Positions 21,282 to 32,189 are shown, counted from the first letter of the stretch. The stretch: DNA of 54,597 nucleotides from Pseudomonadota bacterium (GCA_027592745.1 JAQCLG010000002.1:1-54597); one strand, 5' to 3'. The notes: generated from the sequence alone by a model not told the origin. A program made the numbers and translations.

Positions 21282-21920
21282 ATGACCGCAGCCAGCTATC
21301 AGGCGCTGACCGACATCGCGACCATCGCCTGGCGCGCCGCGGCAGCCCAACCCTTTGCCCCCCGCACCGAACTCGACCGGGCGGTCACCCTGCTTTCTGG
21401 CCTTTCGTTCGCCGGTCAGGCGAGCCCGCGCAGCCACGGGGTCGTGGAGCGCCACCTCCGGCCGCGCGCAGTGCGTCATCGCCATGCCGGTGCGCTGCTC
21501 GACACGCTGCTCGAGACCGCCCCGACGATCGACTGGATCGGCGGCGACAGCGGCTATGGCAGCGAGCCGGGCATGGAGGCGTTCTGCGCCAACTATGCCT
21601 TCTGTGCGCTTGCCGGCCCGGCGCGCTGGGCAACGGGCTGCTCGGCGGTTTCCGACGAGGTCGGCTTCAACTTCACGGTCCAGGGGCCGAACGTCACCTA
21701 TCCCGACCACGCCCACAAGGCGATCGAGCTCTACTACGTGGTCTCCGGCAAGGCGCTGTGGAAACGCGGCGATGAACCCTGGGTCGAGCGTTACCCCGGC
21801 GAGGTCATCCTGCACACCGCCGGCATGCGCCACGCGATGAAGACCGCCGATGAGCCTCTGGTGGCCATGGCAGTCTGGATCAGCGATATCCAGGCGCCAC
21901 TGGTCGTCGTGCGGGCGTGA
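21282..21920 (+). CDS. cupin-domain protein, DddL-like (DMSP lyase family) candidate
   Basis: 212 aa with C-terminal cupin metal motifs YPDHAHKAIELYYVVSG and HTAGMRHAM, ending PLVAMAVW. The resemblance to DddL is recalled from memory, not searched. Confidence 0.5.
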   Translation: MTAASYQALTDIATIAWRAAAAQPFAPRTELDRAVTLLSGLSFAGQASPRSHGVVERHLRPRAVRHRHAGALLDTLLETAPTIDWIGGDSGYGSEPGMEAFCANYAFCALAGPARWATGCSAVSDEVGFNFTVQGPNVTYPDHAHKAIELYYVVSGKALWKRGDEPWVERYPGEVILHTAGMRHAMKTADEPLVAMAVWISDIQAPLVVVRA

Positions 21921-21930
21921 TCGGGGCGGG

Positions 21931-22842
21931 CTAGACCTGTGGCAGCGGATGACGCTTGCGCATGCCCGTGACAGCGTTGAAGACGATGCCGATCAGCACC
22001 AGTCCGCCGCCTATTAAGGTGGCGGTGACGGGGATCTCGTCGAGCAGGACCGCGACCCAGATCGGCCCGAAGATCACTTCCGTCAGCGACAGCATGGCAA
22101 GTTCCGCGGCCGGCACGTTCTTTGCGCCGCCGATGAACAGGATCATGCCGAGCGTCATCTGCACCATGCCCATCAGCGCGGTGACGACAAGGTCGTTGGT
22201 CGAGACCGCCAGGCCCTCGCCGCCCGAGAGCGCCAGCGTGATGCCACAGGCACTGGAGATCATGGTGCCCAGCACGGCCGAGGGCAGCATGTCGTTGGCA
22301 TTTCCGGCGCGAATGCAGACCGCGAACATCGAGAAGGCGGTCACCGCGACCAGGGCCATGACATCGCCCATGTAGCGGCCCGAACCCAAACCGCCGCCGA
22401 CCATGGTGGCAATGCCCGCCGCGACCGCGACCATCGCCAGCAACGTGGCGCCGCGCACCCTTTCGCGCAGCAGGACCCAGGCGATCAGCGCCGTGATCAT
22501 GGGCGATGCGCCCAGGATCAGATTGGTGTTGGCCACGTAGGTCATCGAGAGCGAGAACATGTAGCAGATGTTGGCCGTGGCGATGGCGATCGCCGCGGCG
22601 ACGCCCCCCACGCCCATGGCCCGGAACTTACCCAGCAGGCCGCCGCGGTAGCGCCAGGCCAGGTAGGCGCCCATGGTCAGCCACATGAAGGAGGTGCGGT
22701 AGGCCACGATCTGCCAGACCGTGGCGTCCTCGATCATGCGGAACAGCAGTCCGCCCAGGCTCCACATGAAACCGCCGGCGGCGACCATGAGGACGCCGCG
22801 CAGATAACCCGCCGGCCGCGGCGCAACGACGGCGGCGCTCAT
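21931..22842 (-). CDS. DMT-superfamily (EamA-like) transporter
   Basis: 303 aa with about 10 hydrophobic helices and a duplicated EamA-like layout. The start overlaps the stop of the upstream VOC gene (ATGA). Confidence 0.8.
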   Translation of the reverse strand: MSAAVVAPRPAGYLRGVLMVAAGGFMWSLGGLLFRMIEDATVWQIVAYRTSFMWLTMGAYLAWRYRGGLLGKFRAMGVGGVAAAIAIATANICYMFSLSMTYVANTNLILGASPMITALIAWVLLRERVRGATLLAMVAVAAGIATMVGGGLGSGRYMGDVMALVAVTAFSMFAVCIRAGNANDMLPSAVLGTMISSACGITLALSGGEGLAVSTNDLVVTALMGMVQMTLGMILFIGGAKNVPAAELAMLSLTEVIFGPIWVAVLLDEIPVTATLIGGGLVLIGIVFNAVTGMRKRHPLPQV

Positions 22843-23195
22843 GCCTCATGCACCTGCAGGAAACCCAGAGGATTGCCGAAGGGGTCGAAGAAGTCGCAGG
22901 TCGACAGGGTGGCATCGACTCGTACCGCCGGACCGGCCTCGATACCGAAGGCTTCGTCGAGAAATGCGCGCGCCACCTCGATGTCGTTCACCGCGAAACG
23001 CAGCGGACCTGCGTGACCTGCCTCCAGCCGTTCCTGAAGCTGCAGCCAGAAACCCGGCACGACCTCCCATTCGACGAAATCCTCGCCCATGCGCACATCG
23101 GGTTCGCGCCCCAGAAGCCTTTCGTAGAAGGCTTCGGCGACATCAATGTCGCTGACCGCATACCGGACGGTCACCATATTGGTCGCTATCGGCAT
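22839..23195 (-). CDS. VOC (glyoxalase/bleomycin-resistance) family protein
   Basis: ORF 22839..23270. The start is placed at MPIATNMVTVRYAVSD. The sequence FYERLLG...DPFGNPLGF is typical of small VOC proteins. Confidence 0.6.
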   Translation of the reverse strand: MPIATNMVTVRYAVSDIDVAEAFYERLLGREPDVRMGEDFVEWEVVPGFWLQLQERLEAGHAGPLRFAVNDIEVARAFLDEAFGIEAGPAVRVDATLSTCDFFDPFGNPLGFLQVHEA

Positions 23196-23306
23196 TATCC
23201 CCGCCCCTGCTGGCGTGCCGAGATTGCCTGCAGCGCGATCTCCATTGCCAGCAAATTCACGCGCCCGCACGGGACGCCGGGTAAAGGAGGATCGCCGATA
23301 CCCGGC

Positions 23307-24842
23307 TCAGCTCACAAGGTCGGGCAGCTCGCCCCGACGCCGGTTCATGAACGCCTGCAGCGCCTCGTCGACGGCGGGGTCGAGGTCGGGTGCCTGGTAT
23401 TGCGACAGCCGCCATTTGGCGGTGGCGGCGGCGCGCTGGTCGAGGGTGCGGGCGCCTTCGGCCTCCCACTGCTCGAAGCTGTTGTTGTCAGCCAGTTCGG
23501 GGATGAAGAAACCGTTGAGATAGTTGCGCTGGGTGTGGGCGCAACCGAGATAATGGTTGCCCGGCCCGACCTCGCGGACCGCTTCCATGGCCAGGCCGTT
23601 TTCCGAAAGGTCGATTGCCTTGGAGAAGGACTGCAGCATGGCGATCTGCTCGCAGTCCATGACGAACTTGGCATAACCCGCCGAGAGTCCGGCCTCCAGC
23701 CAGCCCGCCGAATGCAGCACGAAGTTGGTGCCGGCAAGCAGCGTGGCGGTCATGGTCTGCATGGATTCATAGGCCGCCTGGGCATCGGCGACCTTCGAGC
23801 CGTTCAGCATGCCGCCCGATCGCAGGGGCACCTTGTAGCGGCGCGCGAGCTGGCCGACGCAGTAGATCATCTGCAGCGTCTCGGGCGTGCCCATCATCGG
23901 CGCACCCGACTGCATCGAGACGGTGGCAAGGAAGCTGCCGTAGACCATCGGCACGCCCGGCTTGACAAGCTGGCTGTAGGCCAGGCCCGCGGTCACCTCG
24001 GCGTTGAGCTGGGCGACTGCGCCGGCGGTGGCGACCGGAGCCATGGCGCCGGCCATGATGAAGGGCGTGACCAGTACCGCCTGGTTGTGCTGGGCGTAGT
24101 GGCGCAGCGAACCCAGCATCGAGGCATCCCAGACCAGCGGCGAATTGCAGTTCACCACAGAGGTCATGACCGTGTTGTTGGCGACAAAATCCTCGCCGAA
24201 CAGGATCTCGACCATCTTGCAGGAATCATAGGCGCGATCGGGAGCCGACTGCACACCCATGAAGGGTTTGTCGCTGTACTTGATGTGGCTGTAGACGATG
24301 TCGAGATGGCGCTTGGGCACCGGCACGTCGATCGGTTCGCAGATGATACCGCCGCTGTGGTGCAGCACCGGGGTCATGTAGGTCAGCTTGATGAAGTTCT
24401 GCAGGTCGTCGAGCGTGGCGTAGCGGCGCACGTTTTCCAGGTCGCGCACGAAAGGCGAGCCGAAGGTCGGGGCAAAGACCGTGTTCTTCCCGCCGATCTC
24501 GACATTGCGATCGGGATTGCGCGCGTGCTGGGTGTACTGCTCGGGGATCAGCGCCAGCTTCTCGGCGATCAGTTCCCGCGGGATGCGCACCCGTTCGCCC
24601 TGGACATCGGCGCCGGCCTCCTTCCACTGCGCAAGGGCAACCTCGTCGCGGAAATCGATGCCGATCTCCTCGAGGATCGTCATGGAGGTGTCGTGCAGGA
24701 GGTCGATGCCGGCGGAATCGAGCAGTTCGTACACGGGGATTTCCCGCGTGATGTAGCGCTTCTGGACGATCGGACCGCCGATGCGTTCGGCGCGCCGCGC
24801 CGCGCGGCCGCCGCGGCGACCCGCCTGTTCCATAGTCGCCAT
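23307..24842 (-). CDS. MttB-superfamily (trimethylamine methyltransferase family) methyltransferase, non-pyrrolysine type; substrate unknown
   Basis: ORF 23307..24944. The start is placed at MATMEQ (24842). The 512-aa reading frame is uninterrupted, with no internal TAG. Strings such as VFAPTFGSPFV, VVNCNSPLVWD, PFIMAGAMAPVT and GTNFVLHSAGWLE are characteristic of the MttB/MtgB family. Confidence 0.85.
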   Translation of the reverse strand: MATMEQAGRRGGRAARRAERIGGPIVQKRYITREIPVYELLDSAGIDLLHDTSMTILEEIGIDFRDEVALAQWKEAGADVQGERVRIPRELIAEKLALIPEQYTQHARNPDRNVEIGGKNTVFAPTFGSPFVRDLENVRRYATLDDLQNFIKLTYMTPVLHHSGGIICEPIDVPVPKRHLDIVYSHIKYSDKPFMGVQSAPDRAYDSCKMVEILFGEDFVANNTVMTSVVNCNSPLVWDASMLGSLRHYAQHNQAVLVTPFIMAGAMAPVATAGAVAQLNAEVTAGLAYSQLVKPGVPMVYGSFLATVSMQSGAPMMGTPETLQMIYCVGQLARRYKVPLRSGGMLNGSKVADAQAAYESMQTMTATLLAGTNFVLHSAGWLEAGLSAGYAKFVMDCEQIAMLQSFSKAIDLSENGLAMEAVREVGPGNHYLGCAHTQRNYLNGFFIPELADNNSFEQWEAEGARTLDQRAAATAKWRLSQYQAPDLDPAVDEALQAFMNRRRGELPDLVS

Positions 24843-24959
24843 CTCCCGAACTCCCCGATCATGCCGTCTGGGGGCACTTTCGGGCCACGTCGCCCGGCCT
24901 GTCAAAAGCTCAATTGGCGACGGGTTCTGCGGTCCCGGGGCCACACACCGGCCACTTCC

Positions 24960-25036
24960 GTCGCGATTTGTTCGCTTGCGCCCGGGAATGATCGGCCGAT
25001 GTCGCGATCACGACACCGCGTGTCGCGATTATATTA
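24960..25036. promoter_or_regulatory. candidate operator/promoter in the mttB-corrinoid divergent intergenic region
   Basis: Three copies of GTCGCGAT (core palindrome TCGCGA) lie at 24960, 25001 and 25022. The spacings are 41 and 21 bp. The last copy abuts an AT-rich TATATTA (25030..25036), which is rare in this GC-rich DNA. Confidence 0.3.
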
Positions 25037-25111
25037 GCCCCCGCGGGGCCGGGGGAACTACGTCTCGCTTCGGGCAAAGGGGCCCGACGCACGCCAGAGC
25101 TGGAGCCTGTC

Positions 25112-25822
25112 ATGGCCGACGAAGAGGATCTCGACCTCAATACCCTCGACGACGACGAACTTGTGCAGCAGATGCACGAGGACCTCTACGACGGCCTGGC
25201 CGAAGAGGTCTGCACGGGCGTCAACATCCTGCTCGGTCGCGAGTGGACCCCCTACAAGGTCCTGACCGAGGCCCTGGTCGAGGGCATGCGCATCGTCGGC
25301 ATCGATTTCCGCGACGGCATCCTGTTCGTGCCCGAGGTGTTGCTGGCCGCCAACTCGATGAAGGCCGGCATGACGATCCTTCGTCCCCTCCTGGCCGAGA
25401 CCGGCGCGCCCAAGCAGGGCTCGATCGTGATCGGCACCGTCAAGGGCGACATCCACGACATCGGCAAGAATCTGGTCGGCATGATGCTGGAGGGCGCCGG
25501 TTTCGACGTCCACAACATCGGCATCAACAACGATGCCGACGCCTATCTGGCCGCACTGGAGGAGCACAAGCCCGACTTCCTCGGCATGTCGGCCCTGCTG
25601 ACGACCACCATGCCCTACATGAAGGTCGTCATCGACACCCTCAAGGAGCGCGGCCTGCGCGAGGACTACATGGTCCTGGTGGGCGGTGCGCCGCTCAACG
25701 AGGCGTTCGCCAACAGCGTCGGCGCCGATGCCTATTGCCGCGATGCGGCGGTGGCGGTCGAGACGGCCAAGACCATGGTCGCCGAAAAGCGCAAGTCCAA
25801 CTCGGCCGGCGCCGCAAACTGA
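25112..25822 (+). CDS. cobalamin-binding corrinoid protein (MtbC/MttC/MtqC-like)
   Basis: 236 aa with the B12-binding DxHxxG motif (GDIHDIGKN) followed by SALLTTT and GGAP. Confidence 0.85.
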   Translation: MADEEDLDLNTLDDDELVQQMHEDLYDGLAEEVCTGVNILLGREWTPYKVLTEALVEGMRIVGIDFRDGILFVPEVLLAANSMKAGMTILRPLLAETGAPKQGSIVIGTVKGDIHDIGKNLVGMMLEGAGFDVHNIGINNDADAYLAALEEHKPDFLGMSALLTTTMPYMKVVIDTLKERGLREDYMVLVGGAPLNEAFANSVGADAYCRDAAVAVETAKTMVAEKRKSNSAGAAN

Positions 25823-25826
25823 TCTG

Positions 25827-26438
25827 ATGGCGAAGCGCGACCACAGCCTGGTGATTGCCTGCGGCGCGCTGGCCTGGGAGATCATGGCCCTGGTCCGCGC
25901 CAACGGCTGGGATGCGTTCGACGTGGAATGCCTCCCGGCCAACTGGCACAACCGCCCCGAACGCATCCCGCAAGGCGTACGCGAGAAGATCCATGCCGGC
26001 CGGGAGCGCTATGACCACATCTTCGTGGCCTATGGCGACTGCGGCACCGGCGGCATGCTCGACGCCGTGCTGGAGGAGGAAGGGGTGGAGCGGATCGGCG
26101 GCGCCCACTGCTACCAGTTCTTTGCAGGCGAGCAGGAATTTCTCGACCTTCACGACGCCGAACCCGGCACGTTCTATCTGACCGACTACCTGGCCAAGCA
26201 TTTCGAGACCCTGGTGATCAAGGGCATGGGCATCGACCGCCACCCCGAACTGATGCCGATGTACTTCGGCAACTACACGCGCCTGATCCACCTGGCCCAG
26301 ACGCAGGACGACGCGATACGACAACTGGCCGAGGCGGCGGCCCATCGGCTGGGGCTGCGGTTCGAATACCGCTTCACTGGCTACGGGGGCCTGGCGCCCC
26401 TGCTCGACAAGGCCCAGACCGCAGGAGCACAGCACTGA
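25827..26438 (+). CDS. DUF1638 domain protein
   Basis: ORF 25686..26438. The start is placed at MAKRDHSLVIACGAL, 4 nt after the corrinoid gene stop. The protein is about 200 aa. The family call is from memory of DUF1638 genes next to corrinoid methyltransferase genes. Confidence 0.65.
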   Translation: MAKRDHSLVIACGALAWEIMALVRANGWDAFDVECLPANWHNRPERIPQGVREKIHAGRERYDHIFVAYGDCGTGGMLDAVLEEEGVERIGGAHCYQFFAGEQEFLDLHDAEPGTFYLTDYLAKHFETLVIKGMGIDRHPELMPMYFGNYTRLIHLAQTQDDAIRQLAEAAAHRLGLRFEYRFTGYGGLAPLLDKAQTAGAQH

Positions 26439-26743
26439 TGGCGACCCTGACGATCGTTTACTGGCGCGACATTCCCGCCCAGGTCATTGCCAAGGCCGGA
26501 CGCACCACGGCCAAGCGGGTGCTGCCCGAGCGCTTCGAGAAGGCGATCGACCAGTCGGCCATGCGCGCCAAGCTGCGCGACACCGATTCCTACCTCGAGC
26601 ACTGGCGCCGCAGCGATCCCATCGCCTGCGGCGACGACCTGGAAGCCGAGGCCGAGGCGCTGGCGACCCGGCTCGACACCGAATACAGCGACGACGTGCT
26701 CGTCGCCCACATCAAGAACGGCGGCCTCAAGCCGGCCGACTGA
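26438..26743 (+). CDS. small conserved protein of unknown function (resembles proteins annotated as 'virulence factor' domain)
   Basis: 101 aa starting MATLTIVYWRDIPAQVIAK. The start overlaps the DUF1638 stop by 1 nt (TGATG). Confidence 0.45.
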   Translation: MATLTIVYWRDIPAQVIAKAGRTTAKRVLPERFEKAIDQSAMRAKLRDTDSYLEHWRRSDPIACGDDLEAEAEALATRLDTEYSDDVLVAHIKNGGLKPAD

Positions 26744-26757
26744 CAAGGGGATATCCG

Positions 26758-27663
26758 ATGAAGACCAAGGGGCAACTGGAAGCCAAGCTGTCGCGTGGCG
26801 AATTCGTCATCACTGCCGAAACGACGCCGCCCGACGGCGCCGACGAGGCCAGCGTGATGGACAAGGTCGGCTGCCTGAAGGGCCTGGTCGACGCGGTCAA
26901 CGTGACCGACGGCGCCGGCGCCCGCAGCCACATGTCGGCCTTTGCCTGTGCCGCGATCATGGCCCGCAACGGCATCGAGCCGGTGCTGCAGTTCACCGTG
27001 CGCGACCGCAACCGGCTCGCCATCCAGGGTGAGTTCATCGGCGCACCCGCCATGGGCATCCCCAACATCCTGTGCCTGCACGGCGATGCCATCACCAACG
27101 GCGACCAGCCCGAGGCAAAGCCGGTCGAGGACGTCGACAGCAAGGGCCTGATGTCGATGGCGCGCATGCTGCGCGACGAAGGCAAGCTGCCCTCGGGCCG
27201 CGAGATCAACCCGGCCCCGGGGCTGCTGATCGGCGCCGCCGACACGCCGCGCGACCCCGAGCCCGGCTTCAAGCCTGCCGGCCTGCAGGGCAAGATCGAC
27301 GCCGGCGCCGACTTCTTCCAGACCCAGTTCGCCTACGATATCGAAGTCCTCAAGCGCTACATGACCGTGCTCAACGATGCCGGCATCACCGAACAGGCCC
27401 ATTTCATCGTCGGCGTCGGGCCGCTGATCTCGGCCAAGTCGGCGCGCTGGATGACGCAGAACCTGTTCGGCGTGCACGTCCCCGACCACGTCATCGCACG
27501 CCTCGACGGCGCGGAGGACCAGAGGGCCGAAGGCCGCAAGATCTGCGCCGAGTTGGTCGAGCAGTTCAAGGAAATCACGGGCATCAGCGGAGCGCACCTG
27601 ATGGCGCCGCGGGGCGAGAAGCTGATCGCCGAAACCCTGACCGAATACAAACTGCGCGGCTGA
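26758..27663 (+). CDS. methylenetetrahydrofolate reductase (MetF-like)
   Basis: 301 aa with MTHFR TIM-barrel strings: FVITAETTPP, VNVTDGAGA, LQFTVRDRNR, ILCLHGD and DFFQTQFAYD. Confidence 0.8.
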   Translation: MKTKGQLEAKLSRGEFVITAETTPPDGADEASVMDKVGCLKGLVDAVNVTDGAGARSHMSAFACAAIMARNGIEPVLQFTVRDRNRLAIQGEFIGAPAMGIPNILCLHGDAITNGDQPEAKPVEDVDSKGLMSMARMLRDEGKLPSGREINPAPGLLIGAADTPRDPEPGFKPAGLQGKIDAGADFFQTQFAYDIEVLKRYMTVLNDAGITEQAHFIVGVGPLISAKSARWMTQNLFGVHVPDHVIARLDGAEDQRAEGRKICAELVEQFKEITGISGAHLMAPRGEKLIAETLTEYKLRG

Positions 27664-27689
27664 TCGGCCGCGTTCCGGGAGTGGTGCCC

Positions 27690-28171
27690 ATGCGCGCCGT
27701 TCGTCATTGGTCCGTTTGTAATGCCAGAGGCCTGATGCGCCTCTACGACCTGTTCCAGAGCACCATCGTGGCGCTGGAACCGGTCGTGCGGCGGATCGGC
27801 TACGATCGCCTGGAACGGCCGGTGGCCGCAGTCGAACACGCCATCAAGGGCGCCATGTTCGACTGCCAGATGTGCGGCCAGTGCGCGCTTTCCTCGACCG
27901 GCATGTCGTGCCCGATGAACTGCCCCAAGAACCTGCGCAACGGTCCCTGCGGCGGCGTCCGCGCAGACGGCCATTGCGAGGTCAAGCCCGAGATGCCCTG
28001 CGTCTGGGTCAAGGCCTGGGCCGGCGCGCAGGCGATGATGAGCGAGAACATCCTCGACGTGCAGCTGCCAGTCGACAACCGGCTGAAGGGGCAATCCTCC
28101 TGGCTGCGCATCATCCGGGAGGTCCGTGCAGGTACGCTGCCTCGGCCGGCATCCTCGGCGAGGAAGGCGGC

Positions 28172-28175
<4 letters not shown>
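27690..28175 (+). CDS. Cys-rich MTHFR C-terminal-domain / MetV-like protein
   Basis: ORF 27072..28175. Candidate starts are at 27690 and 27735. It has eight Cys within about 50 residues (CQMCGQCALSSTGMSCPMNCPKNLRNGPCGG...HCEV...PCVW). The stop overlaps the next start (ATGA). Confidence 0.65.
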
Positions 28176-29259
<1,084 letters not shown>

Positions 29260-29263
<4 letters not shown>

Positions 29264-30168
29264 CCGAAACTGTCATCAGCTCGGCGACTAAGACCGTCAT
29301 CATCGGCTTCGACCGCCCGTTCACGGTGATCGGCGAGCGCATCAACCCCACGGGCCGCAAGAAACTGGCCGAGGAGATGGCCGCGGGCGACTACAGCCGC
29401 GTGCAGTCCGATACCATTGCCCAGGTCGAGGCCGGCGCCCATATGCTGGACGTCAACGCTGGCGTGCCGCTCGCCGACGAACCGCAGATGCTCTACGATT
29501 CGATCAAGCTGGTGCAGTCGCTGACCGACATCCCCCTCTCCATCGACAGCTCGATCGTGGCCGCCCTGGAACGGGGCCTGGAGGCCTATTCGGGCAAGGC
29601 GCTGGTCAATTCCGTCACCGGCGAGGAAGAGCGCCTGGAGGTAGTGCTGCCGCTGGTCGCCAAGTACGGCGCTGCGGTGGTCGCGATCTCCAACGACGAG
29701 ACGGGCATCTCGGAGGATCCCGACGAGCGTTTCGCCGTCGCCAAGAAGATCGTCGAACGCGCCCAGGACTACGGCATCAAGCCCTGCGACGTCGTCGTCG
29801 ATCCGCTGGTCATGCCGATCGGCGCCATCGGCCAGGCGGGGCGCACCGCCTTCACCATCATCCGCCGCCTGCGCGAGGAGCTGAAGGTCAACACGACCTG
29901 CGGCGCCTCCAACATCTCCTTCGGCCTGCCGGCGCGCCCCGCGCTCAACGCCGCATTCCTGACCATGGCTGCGGCCAGCGGCATGACCTCGGCAATCACC
30001 AATCCCCTGGAGCCCGAGATCATGTCGGCGCTGCGTGCGGCCGACGTGATGAACGGCGTCGACAAGAACTGCCGCACCTGGATCTCGCTCAACTCGGGCC
30101 ACGGCAACCAGGGCGGAATGATCTCTGAGGCGCGCGCCAAGCGCCGGGAAGGACGTCGCCGGTCGTGA
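29260..30168 (+). CDS. methyltetrahydrofolate:corrinoid methyltransferase (pterin-binding, MtrH/AcsE/CmuB/MtqA-like)
   Basis: ORF 28603..30168. The start is placed at MTETVISSATK (29260, ATGA overlap). Strings include FTVIGERINPTG, LDVNAG, SIDSS, LVNSV and GASNISFGLP. Confidence 0.8.
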
Positions 30169-32186
30169 GTGAAGATCCCCTCGTCGTATTCACCCCCTCG
30201 GGCCGGCGCGGCCGCTTCAAGCGAGGCACGCCGCTGCTGCAGGCCGCGCGCGAGCTCGGCGTCGATCTCGATTCGGTGTGCGGCGGTCGGGGCATCTGCA
30301 CGCGCTGCCAGGTCAACATCGGCGACGGCGAGTTCGCCAAACACGGCATCACGTCCAACAACGACCACCTGACGCCCTATACCGACGCCGAGGAGCGCCA
30401 GCAGAAGGACGGGCGTCTGGCGGCCGGGCGCCGCCTGTCGTGCCAGGCGCGCATCGGCGGCGACCTTGTCGTCGACGTTCCCGAAGAGAGCCAGATGCAC
30501 CGGCAGATCGTGCGCAAGCGCGCCGATGCCCGCGCGATCGAGCTCGATCCGGTGGTGCGCCCGATGTATGTCGAGATCGCCCCGCCCGACATGAACGAGC
30601 CGGCCGCGCACCTGCGTCGCCTGGAGGCTGCGCTCAAGGAAACCTGGGGTGTCGAGATCAACGGCGTCGACGTGCATGTCCTGCGCAAACTGCACAAGAC
30701 CCTGGAGGACGGCGCCTACAAGGCGACCGTGATCGTGCGCCGGGGCAAGCGCATCGTCGATATCCGCTCGGGCTTCCACGACAAGATCTACGGCTTGGCC
30801 GTCGATGTCGGCTCGACCACCATCGCCATGCACCTGTGCGACCTGCTGACCGGCGAGGTGCTGGCCTCCGTCGGGCGCATGAACCCGCAGATCCGCTACG
30901 GCGAGGACCTGATGAGCCGGGTCAGCTACGCCATGATGAACGAGGGCGGTGCCGAACTGATGACCATGGCCGTGCGCGATGCGCTCAATGGCCTGGCCCA
31001 GGAGGTTGCCGCCGAGGCCGGCGTGCCGCTCACCGACATCATGGAGGTGACGATCGCCGGCAATCCGGTGATGCACCATCTGGTGCTCGGCCTCGATCCC
31101 ACGCCGCTGGGCTTTGCGCCCTTCGCACTGGCGACCGACGATGCCACCATCCTGCTCGCCAGCGACATCGACCTGATGCTGAACCCGGGCTCGCGCATCT
31201 ACGTGCTGCCCTGCATCGCCGGACATGTCGGCGCCGATGCCGCCGGCGTCGTGCTCTGCGAGATGCCCTACAAGGCCGAGGAGATGACGCTGATCGTCGA
31301 TGTCGGCACCAATGCCGAGATCGTACTGGGCGACAAGCACCGCCTGCTGGCCGCCTCCTCTCCCACCGGTCCGGCCTTCGAGGGCGCCCAGGTCAGTTCC
31401 GGCCAGCGCGCCGCGCCGGGAGCCATCGAACGCGTCCGCGTCGATCCCGAAACCCTGGAACCGCGCTTCAAGGTGATCGGCGACGACCGCTGGTCCGACG
31501 AAGAGGGCTACAACGTGCGCCCCACGGGCATCTGCGGTTCGGGCATCATCGAGGTGCTGGCCGAGATGTACCTGGCGGGCATCATCACCGCCGACGGCGT
31601 GATCGACGGCAGCATGGCGGAGCGCTCGCCGCGCATCGTCGCCCAGGACCGCACCTTCGCCTACATTCTGCACGAGGGCGAGCAGCGCATCACGATCACC
31701 CAGAACGACGTGCGCCAGATCCAGCTCGCCAAGGGCGCACTCTACGCCGGCGCGCGCCTGCTGATGGACCACATGGGCATCGAGACGGTCGAGAAGATCA
31801 CCCTGGCGGGCGCCTTCGGCAGCCACATCGATACCAAGTACGCCATGATCCTGGGCATGATCCCCGATTGCGACCTCGCCAAGGTCGGCTCGGCGGGCAA
31901 TGCCGCGGGCACCGGCGCCCGCATTGCCCTGCTCAACGGCCAGCTGCGCCGCGAGCTGGAGGAACAGGTCCGCCGCATCGAGAAGATCGAGACCGCGGTG
32001 GAACCCAAGTTCCAGGAGCACTTCGTCGACGCCATGGCGATCCCCAACAAGACCGCCAGCTACCCGAACCTGAAGAAGGTCGTGACGCTGCCCGAGCCGA
32101 AGTTCTCCGCGGCCGACGCCGAGGATGGCGGCCGTCGCCGCCGCCGCCGCGAGGGTCGGGGACGCAACGACGAAGCCGCCGAGTAG
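30165..32186 (+). CDS. corrinoid reductive activase (RACo/RamA-like): N-terminal 2Fe-2S ferredoxin plus ASKHA ATPase domain
   Basis: 673 aa. The GTG start overlaps the previous stop (GTGA). It has a plant-type ferredoxin Cys pattern (CGGRGICTRCQV...SCQA). It also has an ASKHA phosphate motif (LAVDVGSTTIAMHL) and GSGIIE. Confidence 0.8.
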   Translation: MSEDPLVVFTPSGRRGRFKRGTPLLQAARELGVDLDSVCGGRGICTRCQVNIGDGEFAKHGITSNNDHLTPYTDAEERQQKDGRLAAGRRLSCQARIGGDLVVDVPEESQMHRQIVRKRADARAIELDPVVRPMYVEIAPPDMNEPAAHLRRLEAALKETWGVEINGVDVHVLRKLHKTLEDGAYKATVIVRRGKRIVDIRSGFHDKIYGLAVDVGSTTIAMHLCDLLTGEVLASVGRMNPQIRYGEDLMSRVSYAMMNEGGAELMTMAVRDALNGLAQEVAAEAGVPLTDIMEVTIAGNPVMHHLVLGLDPTPLGFAPFALATDDATILLASDIDLMLNPGSRIYVLPCIAGHVGADAAGVVLCEMPYKAEEMTLIVDVGTNAEIVLGDKHRLLAASSPTGPAFEGAQVSSGQRAAPGAIERVRVDPETLEPRFKVIGDDRWSDEEGYNVRPTGICGSGIIEVLAEMYLAGIITADGVIDGSMAERSPRIVAQDRTFAYILHEGEQRITITQNDVRQIQLAKGALYAGARLLMDHMGIETVEKITLAGAFGSHIDTKYAMILGMIPDCDLAKVGSAGNAAGTGARIALLNGQLRRELEEQVRRIEKIETAVEPKFQEHFVDAMAIPNKTASYPNLKKVVTLPEPKFSAADAEDGGRRRRRREGRGRNDEAAE

Positions 32187-32189
32187 GCT

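Noticed and set aside
24843-25111. A possible cobalamin riboswitch in the leader of the corrinoid-protein operon.
   Set aside because: I could not find a B12-box-like core or the conserved GCCACTG context in a convincing arrangement. Only a short GC hairpin (GCCCCCGCGGGGC) is present. A covariance-model scan would be needed to settle it.
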